Part shown: one piece after another, positions 25,871 through 34,630 of the stretch
How positions within the stretch are numbered: the first letter of the stretch is position 1
Layout of the letters: each line of letters starts with the position of its first letter
Assembly (NCBI GenBank): GCA_028701435.1
Contig: JAQVQT010000001.1
Span: 1 to 38,466, forward strand
Direction: 5' to 3'
DNA from: Smithellaceae bacterium
GTDB taxonomy: Bacteria; Desulfobacterota; Syntrophia; Syntrophales; Smithellaceae
Length of the DNA: 38,466 bases
Notes under the pieces: generated by a model
Seen by the model: the letters and a program-made list of their open reading frames with translations, nothing else
What the model was told of the DNA's origin: nothing
The model's database searches: none
Translations under genes and position numbers: made by a program

Positions 25871-27784
25871 ATGCAACATTTCGTTTTGGGAACAGCCGGC
25901 CACGTAGATCACGGAAAGACATCGCTGATCAAGGCCCTCACGGGCGTTGACACCGACCGTCTCAAGGAGGAAAAGGAAAGGGGCATTACCATCGAGCTGG
26001 GATTTGCCTCTCTTTCGCTTCCCTCCGGCCACACCCTGGGCATCGTCGATGTTCCGGGGCATGAAAAGTTCATCCGGAATATGGTGGCCGGTGCGGCGGG
26101 CATCGATCTGGTTTTGATGGTCATCGCCGCGGATGAAGGCGTCATGCCGCAAACGAAGGAGCATCTGCAGATCTGCTCGCTTCTGGGCATTACAACGGGC
26201 CTGGTGGCCCTCACCAAAATCGACCTGGTGGAAAAAGACTGGCTGGATCTGGTGCGCTCAGAAATCGCCGACTATCTGCAGGACACATTTCTTGCCGGCG
26301 CCCCCATTGTGCCCGTTTCAGCATCCCAAAAACAGGGCATCCCTGAGTTGCTTGGGGAAATCGACAAAACCGTATGCCAATTGCAGGAGAAAACCGACGA
26401 CGGCATCTTCCGTTTGCCGGTTGACCGGATTTTTACGATGAAAGGCTTTGGCACTGTCGTCACCGGCACGTTGATTTCCGATAAAATCAGCGTCGGGGAA
26501 GAGGTTCAGATCCTGCCGGAAAATATTCTCGCCCGCATTCGGGGCATTCAGGTGCACAACCAGGCCACGGAAGAAGCCTTTTCCGGACAGCGCACCGCGC
26601 TGAATCTTCAGGGAATTGAAAAATCAACGCTTGAACGGGGCAATGTTCTGGTTCGGCCCGAGACCGTCTGGCCCACCCGGAGACTGGATGTGTTTTTTCA
26701 ATACCTGGCCTCCAATGCCCGAAAACTGAAAAACCGTTCCCTGGTGCGTCTGCACACCGGCACGGCAGAAATCATGACGCGAATGGTTCTTCTGGACGCC
26801 GATGAACTTTCTCCCGGCGACCCATCCTTCGCCCAGCTGATTCTGGCGGATGAAGACGTGGTGGTGGGAGGGGATCATTTCGTGCTGCGCAGCTACTCCC
26901 CCGTAACCACCATCGGCGGCGGTCGGATTCTCGACCCGCAGCCCGGCAAGCACAAAAGGAAAAACAAAAAGATACTGGATGACTTGAAAATCCTGCAAAG
27001 CGGCGCTTTGCAGGACAAAATTTCCGTTCTGCTGGTTCGCGCCGGTTTCATCGGCATCTCGATCCGCTCCCTCGCTTTTCGTTTGGGCGTGTCCGTCAAA
27101 ATAATCCGGGAAGCGCTGGAAAAATTATTTTCCGACCGCCGGGCCATCCTGCTTCCGGGCGACAACACCACGGCGCTTTCCGCCGACCTGTGCGCTCATC
27201 TGGAGGAGCGTTTGATGAAAAGCCTCGCGGACTATCACGCACACCATCCCTTAAAGGAAGGCATCTCCAAGGAAGAGCTCAAGGCGGCGCTTCCGGATGC
27301 GGTATCCGGAAAACTTTTCAATATGGTGATTGCCCGTCTCGCCAAAAAAGAATGGATTGCCAGCGACAAGGACAATGTAAGGCTGGCGTCCCATCGTGTG
27401 CGGCTGGCGGGGGAAGAAGATGCGTTGCGGCAAGCCATCGCATCGGTCTATCTTCAGGCCGGGCTGACGCCGCCTTCCCTTTCCGATGTGATGGCCCGAT
27501 ATAAGGATCAAAAGGTGATGGCGCAAAATATCGTCAAGCTGATGATCAAAGACGGCGAGCTTATGAAAATCAACGAAGAACTGTGCTTTGCACGTACAGC
27601 GCTGGATAAATTGCGCGAGGACTACAAGGCACAGCTTGTCCGGGACGGTCAGGCCACACCCGCAACGTTCAAGGATTTAACCGGACTGTCGCGCAAATAC
27701 ATCATCCCGCTCATGGAATATTTTGACGTCAGCAAACTGACGGTTCGTGTAGAAGACCACCGGATCCTGCGGGAAAAACCTTAA
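25871..27784 (+). CDS. selB: selenocysteine-specific translation elongation factor SelB
   Basis: This is track ORF 25826-27784. The start is placed at ATG 25871 ([25 protein letters not shown]). The G domain has DVPGHEKF and TKIDL. A long C-terminal winged-helix extension is typical of bacterial SelB. Confidence 0.92.
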   Translation: MQHFVLGTAGHVDHGKTSLIKALTGVDTDRLKEEKERGITIELGFASLSLPSGHTLGIVDVPGHEKFIRNMVAGAAGIDLVLMVIAADEGVMPQTKEHLQICSLLGITTGLVALTKIDLVEKDWLDLVRSEIADYLQDTFLAGAPIVPVSASQKQGIPELLGEIDKTVCQLQEKTDDGIFRLPVDRIFTMKGFGTVVTGTLISDKISVGEEVQILPENILARIRGIQVHNQATEEAFSGQRTALNLQGIEKSTLERGNVLVRPETVWPTRRLDVFFQYLASNARKLKNRSLVRLHTGTAEIMTRMVLLDADELSPGDPSFAQLILADEDVVVGGDHFVLRSYSPVTTIGGGRILDPQPGKHKRKNKKILDDLKILQSGALQDKISVLLVRAGFIGISIRSLAFRLGVSVKIIREALEKLFSDRRAILLPGDNTTALSADLCAHLEERLMKSLADYHAHHPLKEGISKEELKAALPDAVSGKLFNMVIARLAKKEWIASDKDNVRLASHRVRLAGEEDALRQAIASVYLQAGLTPPSLSDVMARYKDQKVMAQNIVKLMIKDGELMKINEELCFARTALDKLREDYKAQLVRDGQATPATFKDLTGLSRKYIIPLMEYFDVSKLTVRVEDHRILREKP

Positions 27785-27811
27785 GCTCCATTTTTCAGAA
27801 AGGCGGTTCAT

Positions 27812-28768
27812 TTGAAAACCAAAGACATCTATCTTCAGGACATTCGACCCGGCGACAAAATTGCCTCTTCATTTCTGGTTGCGGAGAAGAGCATGGCCTT
27901 TTCCCAGAAAGGATCCGCGTATCTGAACGTCCGGCTCAAAGACAAGACGGGGGAAATCGACGGCAAGGTTTGGGACAACGCCGTGGCGCTGGACCGGGTC
28001 TTTAAGAAAGGCGACATCATTTTCATTGAAGGCCGCGCTCAGAGCTACCGAAATGCCGTCCAGATTTCCATCCTCACGGCCAAACCCTGCGACCGGGAGG
28101 ACATCCATCCGTCGGATTACCTGCCGGTCAGCAAACTGAATACCGAGGCGATGTTTGAAGATCTCCTCGCATATGTCGACACGATCTCTTCCGAGCCTTT
28201 GAAAAAGCTGCTGGGCGCTTTTCTGAACCATGAGGGAACGGCCGAACTTTTCCGCCGGGCGCCCGCGGCCAAAGGGTTTCACCACATCTATCTGGGCGGC
28301 CTGCTGGAGCATACGCTTTCCGTAGTGCGCCTGCTGGACCGCGCCGCGGAGCATTATCCTCAATTGAACCGGGATTTGCTGATCGCGGGGGGCATCCTGC
28401 ACGACATCGGCAAAATTTATGAATTTTCCTACGACGGGCTCATTGAATACAGCGACGAAGGCCGGATGATCGGTCACCTGGTGATGGGCGTGGAAATGAT
28501 CAATCAAAAAATGGCGGCAATGGACAACTTCCCCGCGAGGCTCGCGCTGGAACTGCGCCATATCATCTTGAGCCATCACGGCGAATTTGAATTCGGCTCG
28601 CCCAAACGCCCGAAAACCAGGGAAGCGCTGGTCATACACTTCATGGATGATCTGGACGCCAAACTCAACGCGTTTGATAGTTTTGTCGAGGCCGACGCCG
28701 CCAATGCCGGCTCGGAATGGACTGCTTACAACCGTTTTTTTGAGCGCTATCTGTACAAAGGAAAGTAG
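27812..28768 (+). CDS. OB-fold plus HD-domain nuclease, YhaM-like 3'-5' exoribonuclease family
   Basis: It uses a TTG start. The N-terminal OB fold is AYLNVRLKDKTGEIDGKVWDNA. The HD domain has HHIYLGGLLEHTLSV, GGILHDIGK and ILSHHGEFEFGSP. Confidence 0.8.
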   Translation: MKTKDIYLQDIRPGDKIASSFLVAEKSMAFSQKGSAYLNVRLKDKTGEIDGKVWDNAVALDRVFKKGDIIFIEGRAQSYRNAVQISILTAKPCDREDIHPSDYLPVSKLNTEAMFEDLLAYVDTISSEPLKKLLGAFLNHEGTAELFRRAPAAKGFHHIYLGGLLEHTLSVVRLLDRAAEHYPQLNRDLLIAGGILHDIGKIYEFSYDGLIEYSDEGRMIGHLVMGVEMINQKMAAMDNFPARLALELRHIILSHHGEFEFGSPKRPKTREALVIHFMDDLDAKLNAFDSFVEADAANAGSEWTAYNRFFERYLYKGK

Positions 28769-28801
28769 GGAATACCGCCTGGGCGCCGCCGTCAGGCAGA
28801 A

Positions 28802-28833
28802 AGAGGGCTTTCCCCTCACGGCAAAAGCCCTCT
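28802..28833. terminator. perfect 10-bp-stem hairpin between convergent genes (AGAGGGCTTT-N12-AAAGCCCTCT)
   Basis: The arms are at 28802-28811 and 28824-28833. It lies 34 nt past the YhaM-like stop and 44 nt past the lipoprotein stop. There is no clear U-tract on either strand, so terminator function is uncertain. Confidence 0.4.
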
Positions 28834-28876
28834 GTAACAAACACGGCAAAGAAACCTTGATTTTCTGTTTGCTGCT

Positions 28877-29497
28877 TTACTGCTTTTTCAGTGAGGCAAG
28901 CGTCGCTTCCAGGTGTTTCTGCGCAATTTTGCCGGGTACGACGGCTCTGGGGGTTTCACCGAACGCATCGACATTGTTCAATTCGGCCATGACGCTTCGA
29001 AAACCGGAATCAAAAGAAAATCTCCGGATATGCTGATTAAAATTCGTCCCCTTGCCGTATTTCGCAACAAAAGACGCAGCCTGTTCGGTGATGAGAATGC
29101 CGTTGGCGGGGTCTCCGTCCTGGTCAAGCGTCTGCAGCAGTACACAAATATTCACCACCCGCTGGTCGGAGGCATCCTTGGCATCGGGCACAAGATCCAG
29201 CACCGTGACCACCGGCTTTCCCGCCGCGGACCCCAGCGCCAGTTCGCCCACGGAAAACGCAACCGTTTCCCCCGGTTTGTACTCGAAAACGCCGTCCGCT
29301 TTCGTGACGCCTTTGAGCGACGGGGTCGCGTAGGTAATCCCGCCCACCGGACCATCCATAAAAACACCTTTTAAAGCCGGCGGTGCGCTGCTTACACTGC
29401 TGCCGAGGGAGCCGCAGCCGACAACCAGCATAGCCAGAAAAATTCCTGAAACCGACAAGATAAAACAACGCATCAGAAAATTTGCTTTCTTCATCAT
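28877..29497 (-). CDS. hypothetical lipoprotein
   Basis: 206 aa. The signal peptide with lipobox is MMKKANFLMRCFILSVSGIFLAMLVVGC|GS. I recognise no catalytic motif. Codon usage looks like its neighbours. Confidence 0.7.
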   Translation of the reverse strand: MMKKANFLMRCFILSVSGIFLAMLVVGCGSLGSSVSSAPPALKGVFMDGPVGGITYATPSLKGVTKADGVFEYKPGETVAFSVGELALGSAAGKPVVTVLDLVPDAKDASDQRVVNICVLLQTLDQDGDPANGILITEQAASFVAKYGKGTNFNQHIRRFSFDSGFRSVMAELNNVDAFGETPRAVVPGKIAQKHLEATLASLKKQ

Positions 29498-29530
29498 GCT
29501 ACTCCTCTCTTCAATTTTTAAATTTGTTTT

Positions 29531-29559
29531 CTCATAATATACACGGATCGGATTGTCAA
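29531..29559 (-). promoter_or_regulatory. candidate promoter for the lipoprotein gene: TTGACA-N17-TATGAG
   Basis: The -35 is the reverse complement of 29554-29559 and the -10 the reverse complement of 29531-29536. The implied 5' UTR of about 27 nt contains GAGGAG ahead of ATG 29497. Confidence 0.4.
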
Positions 29560-29594
29560 TGACTTAAAAAACTTTTCCCGGCAATCCCCCGCGA

Positions 29595-30629
29595 TCATCG
29601 GCGCCTGGCGGTTTGCGCAATCTGCAGCCGCCGGGCTTCAGGCAGCAGGCATCCAGCCGTGCAGATTTCCGAACAATTCCCGTCGCATGGCTCAACATGA
29701 ATCGTCACCTCTGCTGCGGGATATTGAACCGTCATGGCATACTTCAACTCCCGGGCAATCCCGTGGGATGCCTCCACCGTCATTTGAGGATCCACCTTGA
29801 TATGAAATTCAATAAAACGAAAATGACCGGCCTTGCGCGTCTTTAACTGATGATAACCGTGAATTTCCGGTTGGCGGCCGGCAATCGCGCCGCGGATCCA
29901 TGCCTCTTCTTCCGGAGGCAATTTGACGTCCATCAGATCGCCGATGGCCCTGACGCTCAGATCGTAAGCCGCTTTTAAAATCAACCCCGCGACAAAGATG
30001 GCCGCGACCGGATCAAGCCAGTGAATGCGCGGATCGGCAAAAAAGAAATGACTGATCCAGATGATGGCCAGGCTGACCATTACGCCCACCGACGTATAAA
30101 CATCGGTCCGCAAATGCCAGGCGTCCGCCGTGAGCGCGAGGGAATCCGCTTCTTTGCCCACCGCGAAAAGCCGCCGGGAAACCAAATAATTGATAACGGC
30201 GGACAAAAACATCACCGCAACGCCCCAGCCGGGCGATTCCACGACCTGCGCGGACGTCAGTTTGCGGACGGATTCGAAAATGATCCAGAAGGCCGCAATA
30301 AAAATCAAAGCCGCCTCGATGAAACCGGAAATGCTTTCGACTTTGCCGTGGCCGAAGGGATGGAAATCGTCGGCCGGAAGATGTGAGGTCTTGACGGAAA
30401 AAAGGGCGATGGCCGCCGCCAGCAGATCCATCCCGGAATGAATCGCCTCGGATAAAATGGCAACGGAGCCAATCAGCAAGCCGACCGCGGCTTTGAAGAT
30501 CACCAGGACGGCATTGGAGGCGACAGAAAGCATCGCCACCCGTTCTTTGCGCTGCTGGATGGACGCCAATGGAAAATCCCCCTGTTTCATTTTTTTTGAG
30601 CATATCACGACGGCCGGGGAATATCCCAT
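29595..30629 (-). CDS. cation diffusion facilitator (CDF) family metal efflux transporter with a Cys-rich C-terminal tail
   Basis: This is the C-terminal two-thirds of track ORF 29595-31106. I prefer ATG 30629, which has GGAG 7 nt upstream; ATG 30590 (MKQGDFPL) is the alternative. CDF motifs: SEAIHSGMDLLAA, FHPFGHGKVESISG and DAWHLRTDVYTS. Confidence 0.88.
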   Translation of the reverse strand: MGYSPAVVICSKKMKQGDFPLASIQQRKERVAMLSVASNAVLVIFKAAVGLLIGSVAILSEAIHSGMDLLAAAIALFSVKTSHLPADDFHPFGHGKVESISGFIEAALIFIAAFWIIFESVRKLTSAQVVESPGWGVAVMFLSAVINYLVSRRLFAVGKEADSLALTADAWHLRTDVYTSVGVMVSLAIIWISHFFFADPRIHWLDPVAAIFVAGLILKAAYDLSVRAIGDLMDVKLPPEEEAWIRGAIAGRQPEIHGYHQLKTRKAGHFRFIEFHIKVDPQMTVEASHGIARELKYAMTVQYPAAEVTIHVEPCDGNCSEICTAGCLLPEARRLQIAQTARRR

Positions 30630-30701
30630 TTTTTTGCTCCGGGCAACAAGGGGAATCTCTTTCCAGCGGGGAAAAATTGTGATACGCATCCGCCGAAAAG
30701 A

Positions 30702-31811
30702 GTGACTGACATCATGCGTAAAAAATTTTTTTCCCGGTTCCCCGACGGATCTTCCCGAAACTGGCAGGATTGGCGCTGGCAATTGCGCCGTCGTGCGACA
30801 TCTCTGCCCGCTTTGACCCGCATTCTGGAAACGCCGCCGCGCGGCGGGAAACCGCTGGAACGCTTGATATCCCGCTATCCCATGGCTGTTACGCCTTACT
30901 ACCTGTCCCTTCTGAACCCCGACGATGAAAACGACCCCCTGTCTGTGCAATGCGTGCCGGATTTCAGGGAGCTGTCCTTCTCGGCCGGCCTTACGGACGA
31001 CCCGCTCGGCGAAGATCTCTCCATGCCCGTTCCGAACCTGATTCAGCGCTATCCCGACCGCGTGCTGGCCATCGTCACACACCGGTGCGCCACCTACTGC
31101 CGGCATTGCAACCGTAAACGTTTCTGGAGGGTTCCTGAAGCCGGTTCCTTAAAAAGCCGCCTGGCCCCCATGGTCCGCTTTGTATCGGAAACGCCCCGTG
31201 TGCGTGAAGTCATCCTCTCCGGCGGCGACCCGCTGATGTTTGACGATGCCTCTCTGGAAATGATCCTGTCCTCGTTTGCGTCCATACCGCACGTCGAGGT
31301 GCTGCGCATCGGCAGCCGCGCCCCCGTGGTCCTGCCGATGAGAATCACGGGAAATCTCTGCCGGATTCTGAAGCGGCACCGGCCGTTATGGTTCAACACC
31401 CAGTTCAACCACCCCGCGGAGATCACCCCGGATGCCGCGCGGGCCTGCAACCGGATCCAGGAGGCGGGAATTCCGGTTTCCAATCAGTCGGTTCTGCTCC
31501 AGGGCGTCAACGACTCGCCGGAGGTTATGCAAAGCCTGCTGAACGGATTGCAGAAAATATCGGTTCGTCCTTATTATCTTTTCCACTGCGAACCCGCGCG
31601 GGGCTGCGGCCATTTCCGCACGGACATCAGGAAGGGGCTGAAGCTCATGGAAAAGCTTCGTCAACGCTGCTCGGGTCTCGCGCTTCCGCAATACGTGGCC
31701 GATCTGCCCGGGCAGGAGGGGAAAGTCCCCCTTTGGCCCCTGTCGCGGCCGATCCAAAATGCCTTGCGAAAACATCAAGATTTTTTTGACAATTTTGAAG
31801 AATTGGATTAG
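30702..31811 (+). CDS. epmB: KamA-family radical SAM lysine 2,3-aminomutase; EF-P beta-lysylation protein EpmB
   Basis: It has the N-terminal W-x-DW-x-WQ motif (NWQDWRWQLRRR) and the radical SAM cluster CATYCRHCNRKRFW. It lies directly upstream of efp and epmA. Confidence 0.85.
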   Translation: MTDIMRKKFFSRFPDGSSRNWQDWRWQLRRRATSLPALTRILETPPRGGKPLERLISRYPMAVTPYYLSLLNPDDENDPLSVQCVPDFRELSFSAGLTDDPLGEDLSMPVPNLIQRYPDRVLAIVTHRCATYCRHCNRKRFWRVPEAGSLKSRLAPMVRFVSETPRVREVILSGGDPLMFDDASLEMILSSFASIPHVEVLRIGSRAPVVLPMRITGNLCRILKRHRPLWFNTQFNHPAEITPDAARACNRIQEAGIPVSNQSVLLQGVNDSPEVMQSLLNGLQKISVRPYYLFHCEPARGCGHFRTDIRKGLKLMEKLRQRCSGLALPQYVADLPGQEGKVPLWPLSRPIQNALRKHQDFFDNFEELD

Positions 31812-31864
31812 GAAGAGCGCGAATATATTGCTTCAGAGCCGTCAACGAAGGAGAAGGAATTTTT

Positions 31865-32428
31865 ATGTACACCGCCAGTGATTTGAGAAAAGGCCTGCGC
31901 CTGAAAATCGACAACGATCCCTACGTAATCACCGAATTCAACTTTGTCAAACCCGGGAAGGGACAGGCGCTATACCGATGCAAATTAAAGAACATGCTCA
32001 CCGGAAGCCAGTTTGAACGGACCTTCCGCTCCGTCGATATGTTTGAGCCGGCCGATCTGCGCGAAAAGAAAATGCAGTATCTGTACAAAGAAGGAGACAA
32101 ATTCTGCTTCATGGACAACGAGACCTTTGAACAGGTCTATCTGACCGAGGGGCAGGTCGGAGACGCCGTGAACTTTCTGCTCGACAATATAGAAGTTGAA
32201 ATCCTGCTCTTTGAAGACCGTCCCATCGGCATCAGCCTGCCCAATTTTGTCGAGCTGATCGTTACCGAAGCCGAACCGTGGGCCAAGGGAGACACGGTGT
32301 CCGGCGCAACCAAACCCGTCAAGGTGCAAACCGGCTGCACGATTCTGGTGCCGACCTTCGTCAGCGAAGGCGAAAAAATCCGCATTGACACGCGAACGGG
32401 AGAATATCTGACGCGGGTCAAAGGCTAG
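31865..32428 (+). CDS. efp: translation elongation factor P
   Basis: 187 aa. The sequence DLRKGLRLKIDNDPYVITEFNFVKPGKGQALYRCKLKN includes the KPGKG loop, so the modifiable Lys is K32. A strong AAGGAGAAGG motif lies upstream. Confidence 0.97.
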   Translation: MYTASDLRKGLRLKIDNDPYVITEFNFVKPGKGQALYRCKLKNMLTGSQFERTFRSVDMFEPADLREKKMQYLYKEGDKFCFMDNETFEQVYLTEGQVGDAVNFLLDNIEVEILLFEDRPIGISLPNFVELIVTEAEPWAKGDTVSGATKPVKVQTGCTILVPTFVSEGEKIRIDTRTGEYLTRVKG

Positions 32429-32433
32429 CCGCT

Positions 32434-33372
32434 TTGAGCACACTCCGGCAGGACGACCTATTTCACCTCGCTCGCAAGTCGCAGGCCCTGCAACTGCGCG
32501 CCGGATTTATCGAACATCTTCGCCGCTTCTTTATTCAACAAGGCTTTCTGGAAATCGAAACCCCTCTGCGCATCCCCTCGCCAGCGCCGGAAGAGCATAT
32601 TGAACCCCTTCCATCCGGAAGCTGGTTTTTACAGACCTCCCCCGAGATTTGCATGAAAAGACTTTTGGCCGCCGGTTATCCCCGAATCTTCCAGTTCTGT
32701 AAATGTTTTCGCGCCGGCGAAAGAGGCAACCGGCACCTGCCGGAATTTTCGATGCTCGAGTGGTACGTCCTGCAGTACGACTACCGGCAACTCATGGACC
32801 AGTGCGAAGATCTTCTCATATCCGCCTGTCAGGCGATGGGACATTCCGGAAAGGTCATCTGGCAGAATAAAACCATCCGCCTGTCGCCGCCCTGGGAAAG
32901 AATCACCGTGGCGGACGCTTTTTCCCGATACGCGCCCGTCAGCCTGCAAAACGCGCTGGCCGGCGACCGCTTTGACGAGGTGTTGGTTGAGCATGTCGAA
33001 CCGAACCTCGGCAATGACCATCCAACGTTCCTTTTTGATTATCCGGCGCAAATGGCCTCTTTGGCTAAAATCAAAAAAGACGATTCAACCGTCGCGGAGC
33101 GCTTTGAGCTTTACATCGGGGGCATGGAAATCGCCAACGGCTTTTCGGAATTGACCGACGCCCGGGAGCAGAGACGCCGCTTTGAAGAAGCCCTGGAGGC
33201 GCGGGCGGCAAAGGATCAGGCCCGCTATGCCATGCCGGAGCCGTTTCTGGCGTCTCTGGAAAACCTGCCGCCCTGCGCCGGCATCGCGCTGGGCCTGGAT
33301 AGGATGATCATGATTCTGGCCGATACGGCGAACATCGATGATGTCATTGCCTTTCCACCTGAAACACTGTAA
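32434..33372 (+). CDS. epmA: EF-P--(R)-beta-lysine ligase EpmA (GenX/PoxA; LysRS class II paralogue)
   Basis: It uses a TTG start. Class II aaRS core motifs: FRAGERGNRHLPEFSMLEWY, GMEIANGFSELTD and GIALGLDRMIMIL. There is no anticodon-binding domain (312 aa). Confidence 0.88.
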   Translation: MSTLRQDDLFHLARKSQALQLRAGFIEHLRRFFIQQGFLEIETPLRIPSPAPEEHIEPLPSGSWFLQTSPEICMKRLLAAGYPRIFQFCKCFRAGERGNRHLPEFSMLEWYVLQYDYRQLMDQCEDLLISACQAMGHSGKVIWQNKTIRLSPPWERITVADAFSRYAPVSLQNALAGDRFDEVLVEHVEPNLGNDHPTFLFDYPAQMASLAKIKKDDSTVAERFELYIGGMEIANGFSELTDAREQRRRFEEALEARAAKDQARYAMPEPFLASLENLPPCAGIALGLDRMIMILADTANIDDVIAFPPETL

Positions 33373-33402
33373 CCGCAAAAAGACACACAAGAAAAAGATC
33401 TA

Positions 33403-33431
33403 TTGACAAGCCTTTTTTTTTCCTTTAGGTT
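33403..33431 (+). promoter_or_regulatory. candidate tol-pal promoter: TTGACA-N17-TAGGTT
   Basis: The -35 is at 33403-33408 and the -10 at 33426-33431. The spacer contains a T9 run (33413-33421). The tolQ ATG is 61 nt downstream, with a GGAG Shine-Dalgarno sequence. Confidence 0.4.
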
Positions 33432-33491
33432 ACTCGGCAAACACAGACAAAATAATGGGGCAATAAAGCAAATGATTCTGGAGATTTAGAC

Positions 33492-34187
33492 ATGGAAAGT
33501 AATTTTCACGGTTCTCTGCTGGGCATGATTTTAGACGCAGGTTTGATGGTTAAATTTGTGTTGCTGATCCTGCTGGTTTTTTCCATCATTTCCTGGACGA
33601 TCATTTTTATCAAACTTCGCTCCTATCGCCGGATCCGCCTGGAAAACGAGGCTTTCAATTCCGATTATCAGAACAGCACGAAACTTTCCGATCTTCTTCC
33701 GGCCTCCAGGAAGTATCCCTTCTCCACCATGGCTGAAGTTTTCCGTGCCGGCTACACGGAAATGACCAAAACGAACCGGCTCTCCCGGGATGCGGCGCGG
33801 CCCGAGGAAATCAGCCTGTCCTCTCTGGACAACGTGGAGCGCGCCCTTAACCGCGCCTCCAGCACCGAAATGACCAAACTGGAGTCCGCACTGGGATTTC
33901 TGGCCACAACCGGTTCGGCCAGTCCCTTCATCGGATTGTTCGGAACCGTCTGGGGAATCATGGAAACCTTCAAATCCATCGGCGCGAGAGGTTCGGCGAC
34001 GCTGGCCGTTGTCGCCCCCGGCATCTCGGAAGCGCTGATTGCGACGGCCGCAGGCCTTGCCGCGGCCATTCCCGCCGTCATTTTCTACAACTACTTTCTA
34101 AACAAATCCAGAACGATGGTGCAGGAAATGGATAATTTCGCGGATGAATTTCTAAACATCGTCGAACGTTATCTGATCCGTAAATAA
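33492..34187 (+). CDS. tolQ: Tol-Pal system protein TolQ (MotA/TolQ/ExbB proton channel)
   Basis: 231 aa with three TM segments. The sequence LATTGSASPFIGLFGTVWGIM...GISEALIATAAGLAAAIPAVIFYN is present. Confidence 0.9.
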   Translation: MESNFHGSLLGMILDAGLMVKFVLLILLVFSIISWTIIFIKLRSYRRIRLENEAFNSDYQNSTKLSDLLPASRKYPFSTMAEVFRAGYTEMTKTNRLSRDAARPEEISLSSLDNVERALNRASSTEMTKLESALGFLATTGSASPFIGLFGTVWGIMETFKSIGARGSATLAVVAPGISEALIATAAGLAAAIPAVIFYNYFLNKSRTMVQEMDNFADEFLNIVERYLIRK

Positions 34188-34207
34188 ACGATATCGGGTG
34201 AAACGGA

Positions 34208-34630
34208 ATGCGGCAGGCGCGAAGAAGAGAATCTGAAAAGAAATCGATGGCGGAAATCAACGTCACGCCGCTCGTTGACGTGATGCTGGTGCTGCTGATC
34301 ATCTTCATGGTGACCGCGCCGATGCTTTCCATGGGCATTGATGTCAATCTGCCGCGCGTCAAATCAAAAAGCATCGACCTCGCCGAAGAAAAGCTGATCC
34401 TGAGCATCAATGAGAACCGGGAAATCTTCCTCAACAAAACCAGGCTGCCGGTTCAGAATCTGAACGCAAAGCTGGCGGCCATTTTCGCCGAGCGTGTTGA
34501 CCGGGAAGTCTTCCTGCGCGCCGACAAAAACGTTCCCTACGGCTTCGTGGTGGAAGTCATGTCTGAAATACGCAAAGCGGGCGTCGATAAACTCGGCATG
34601 ATCACCGAGCCTCCCGGGGATTCAAAATGA
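34208..34630 (+). CDS. tolR: Tol-Pal system protein TolR (ExbD/TolR)
   Basis: 140 aa. EINVTPLVDVMLVLLIIFMV contains the conserved TM Asp. Confidence 0.9.
   Translation: MRQARRRESEKKSMAEINVTPLVDVMLVLLIIFMVTAPMLSMGIDVNLPRVKSKSIDLAEEKLILSINENREIFLNKTRLPVQNLNAKLAAIFAERVDREVFLRADKNVPYGFVVEVMSEIRKAGVDKLGMITEPPGDSK

Noticed and set aside
24055-28849. ORF 24055-24750 (+), antisense to mltG, and ORF 27869-28849 (-), antisense to the YhaM-like gene.
   Set aside because: The reasoning is the same as for the other antisense ORFs. The sense genes have strong family motifs and the antisense translations have none.
25708-28876. A possible hidden selenoprotein gene (in-frame TGA) next to selB.
   Set aside because: selB and the YhaM-like gene are contiguous, uninterrupted frames separated by 27 nt. 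There is no pair of same-frame ORFs split by a TGA.
30630-31106. An N-terminal extension of about 160 aa on track ORF 29595-31106, which would make a 503-aa protein overlapping epmB.
   Set aside because: The extension has no CDF or other homology and is Arg/Gly-rich. It overlaps the well-supported epmB gene on the other strand. CDF homology begins just after ATG 30629/30590.
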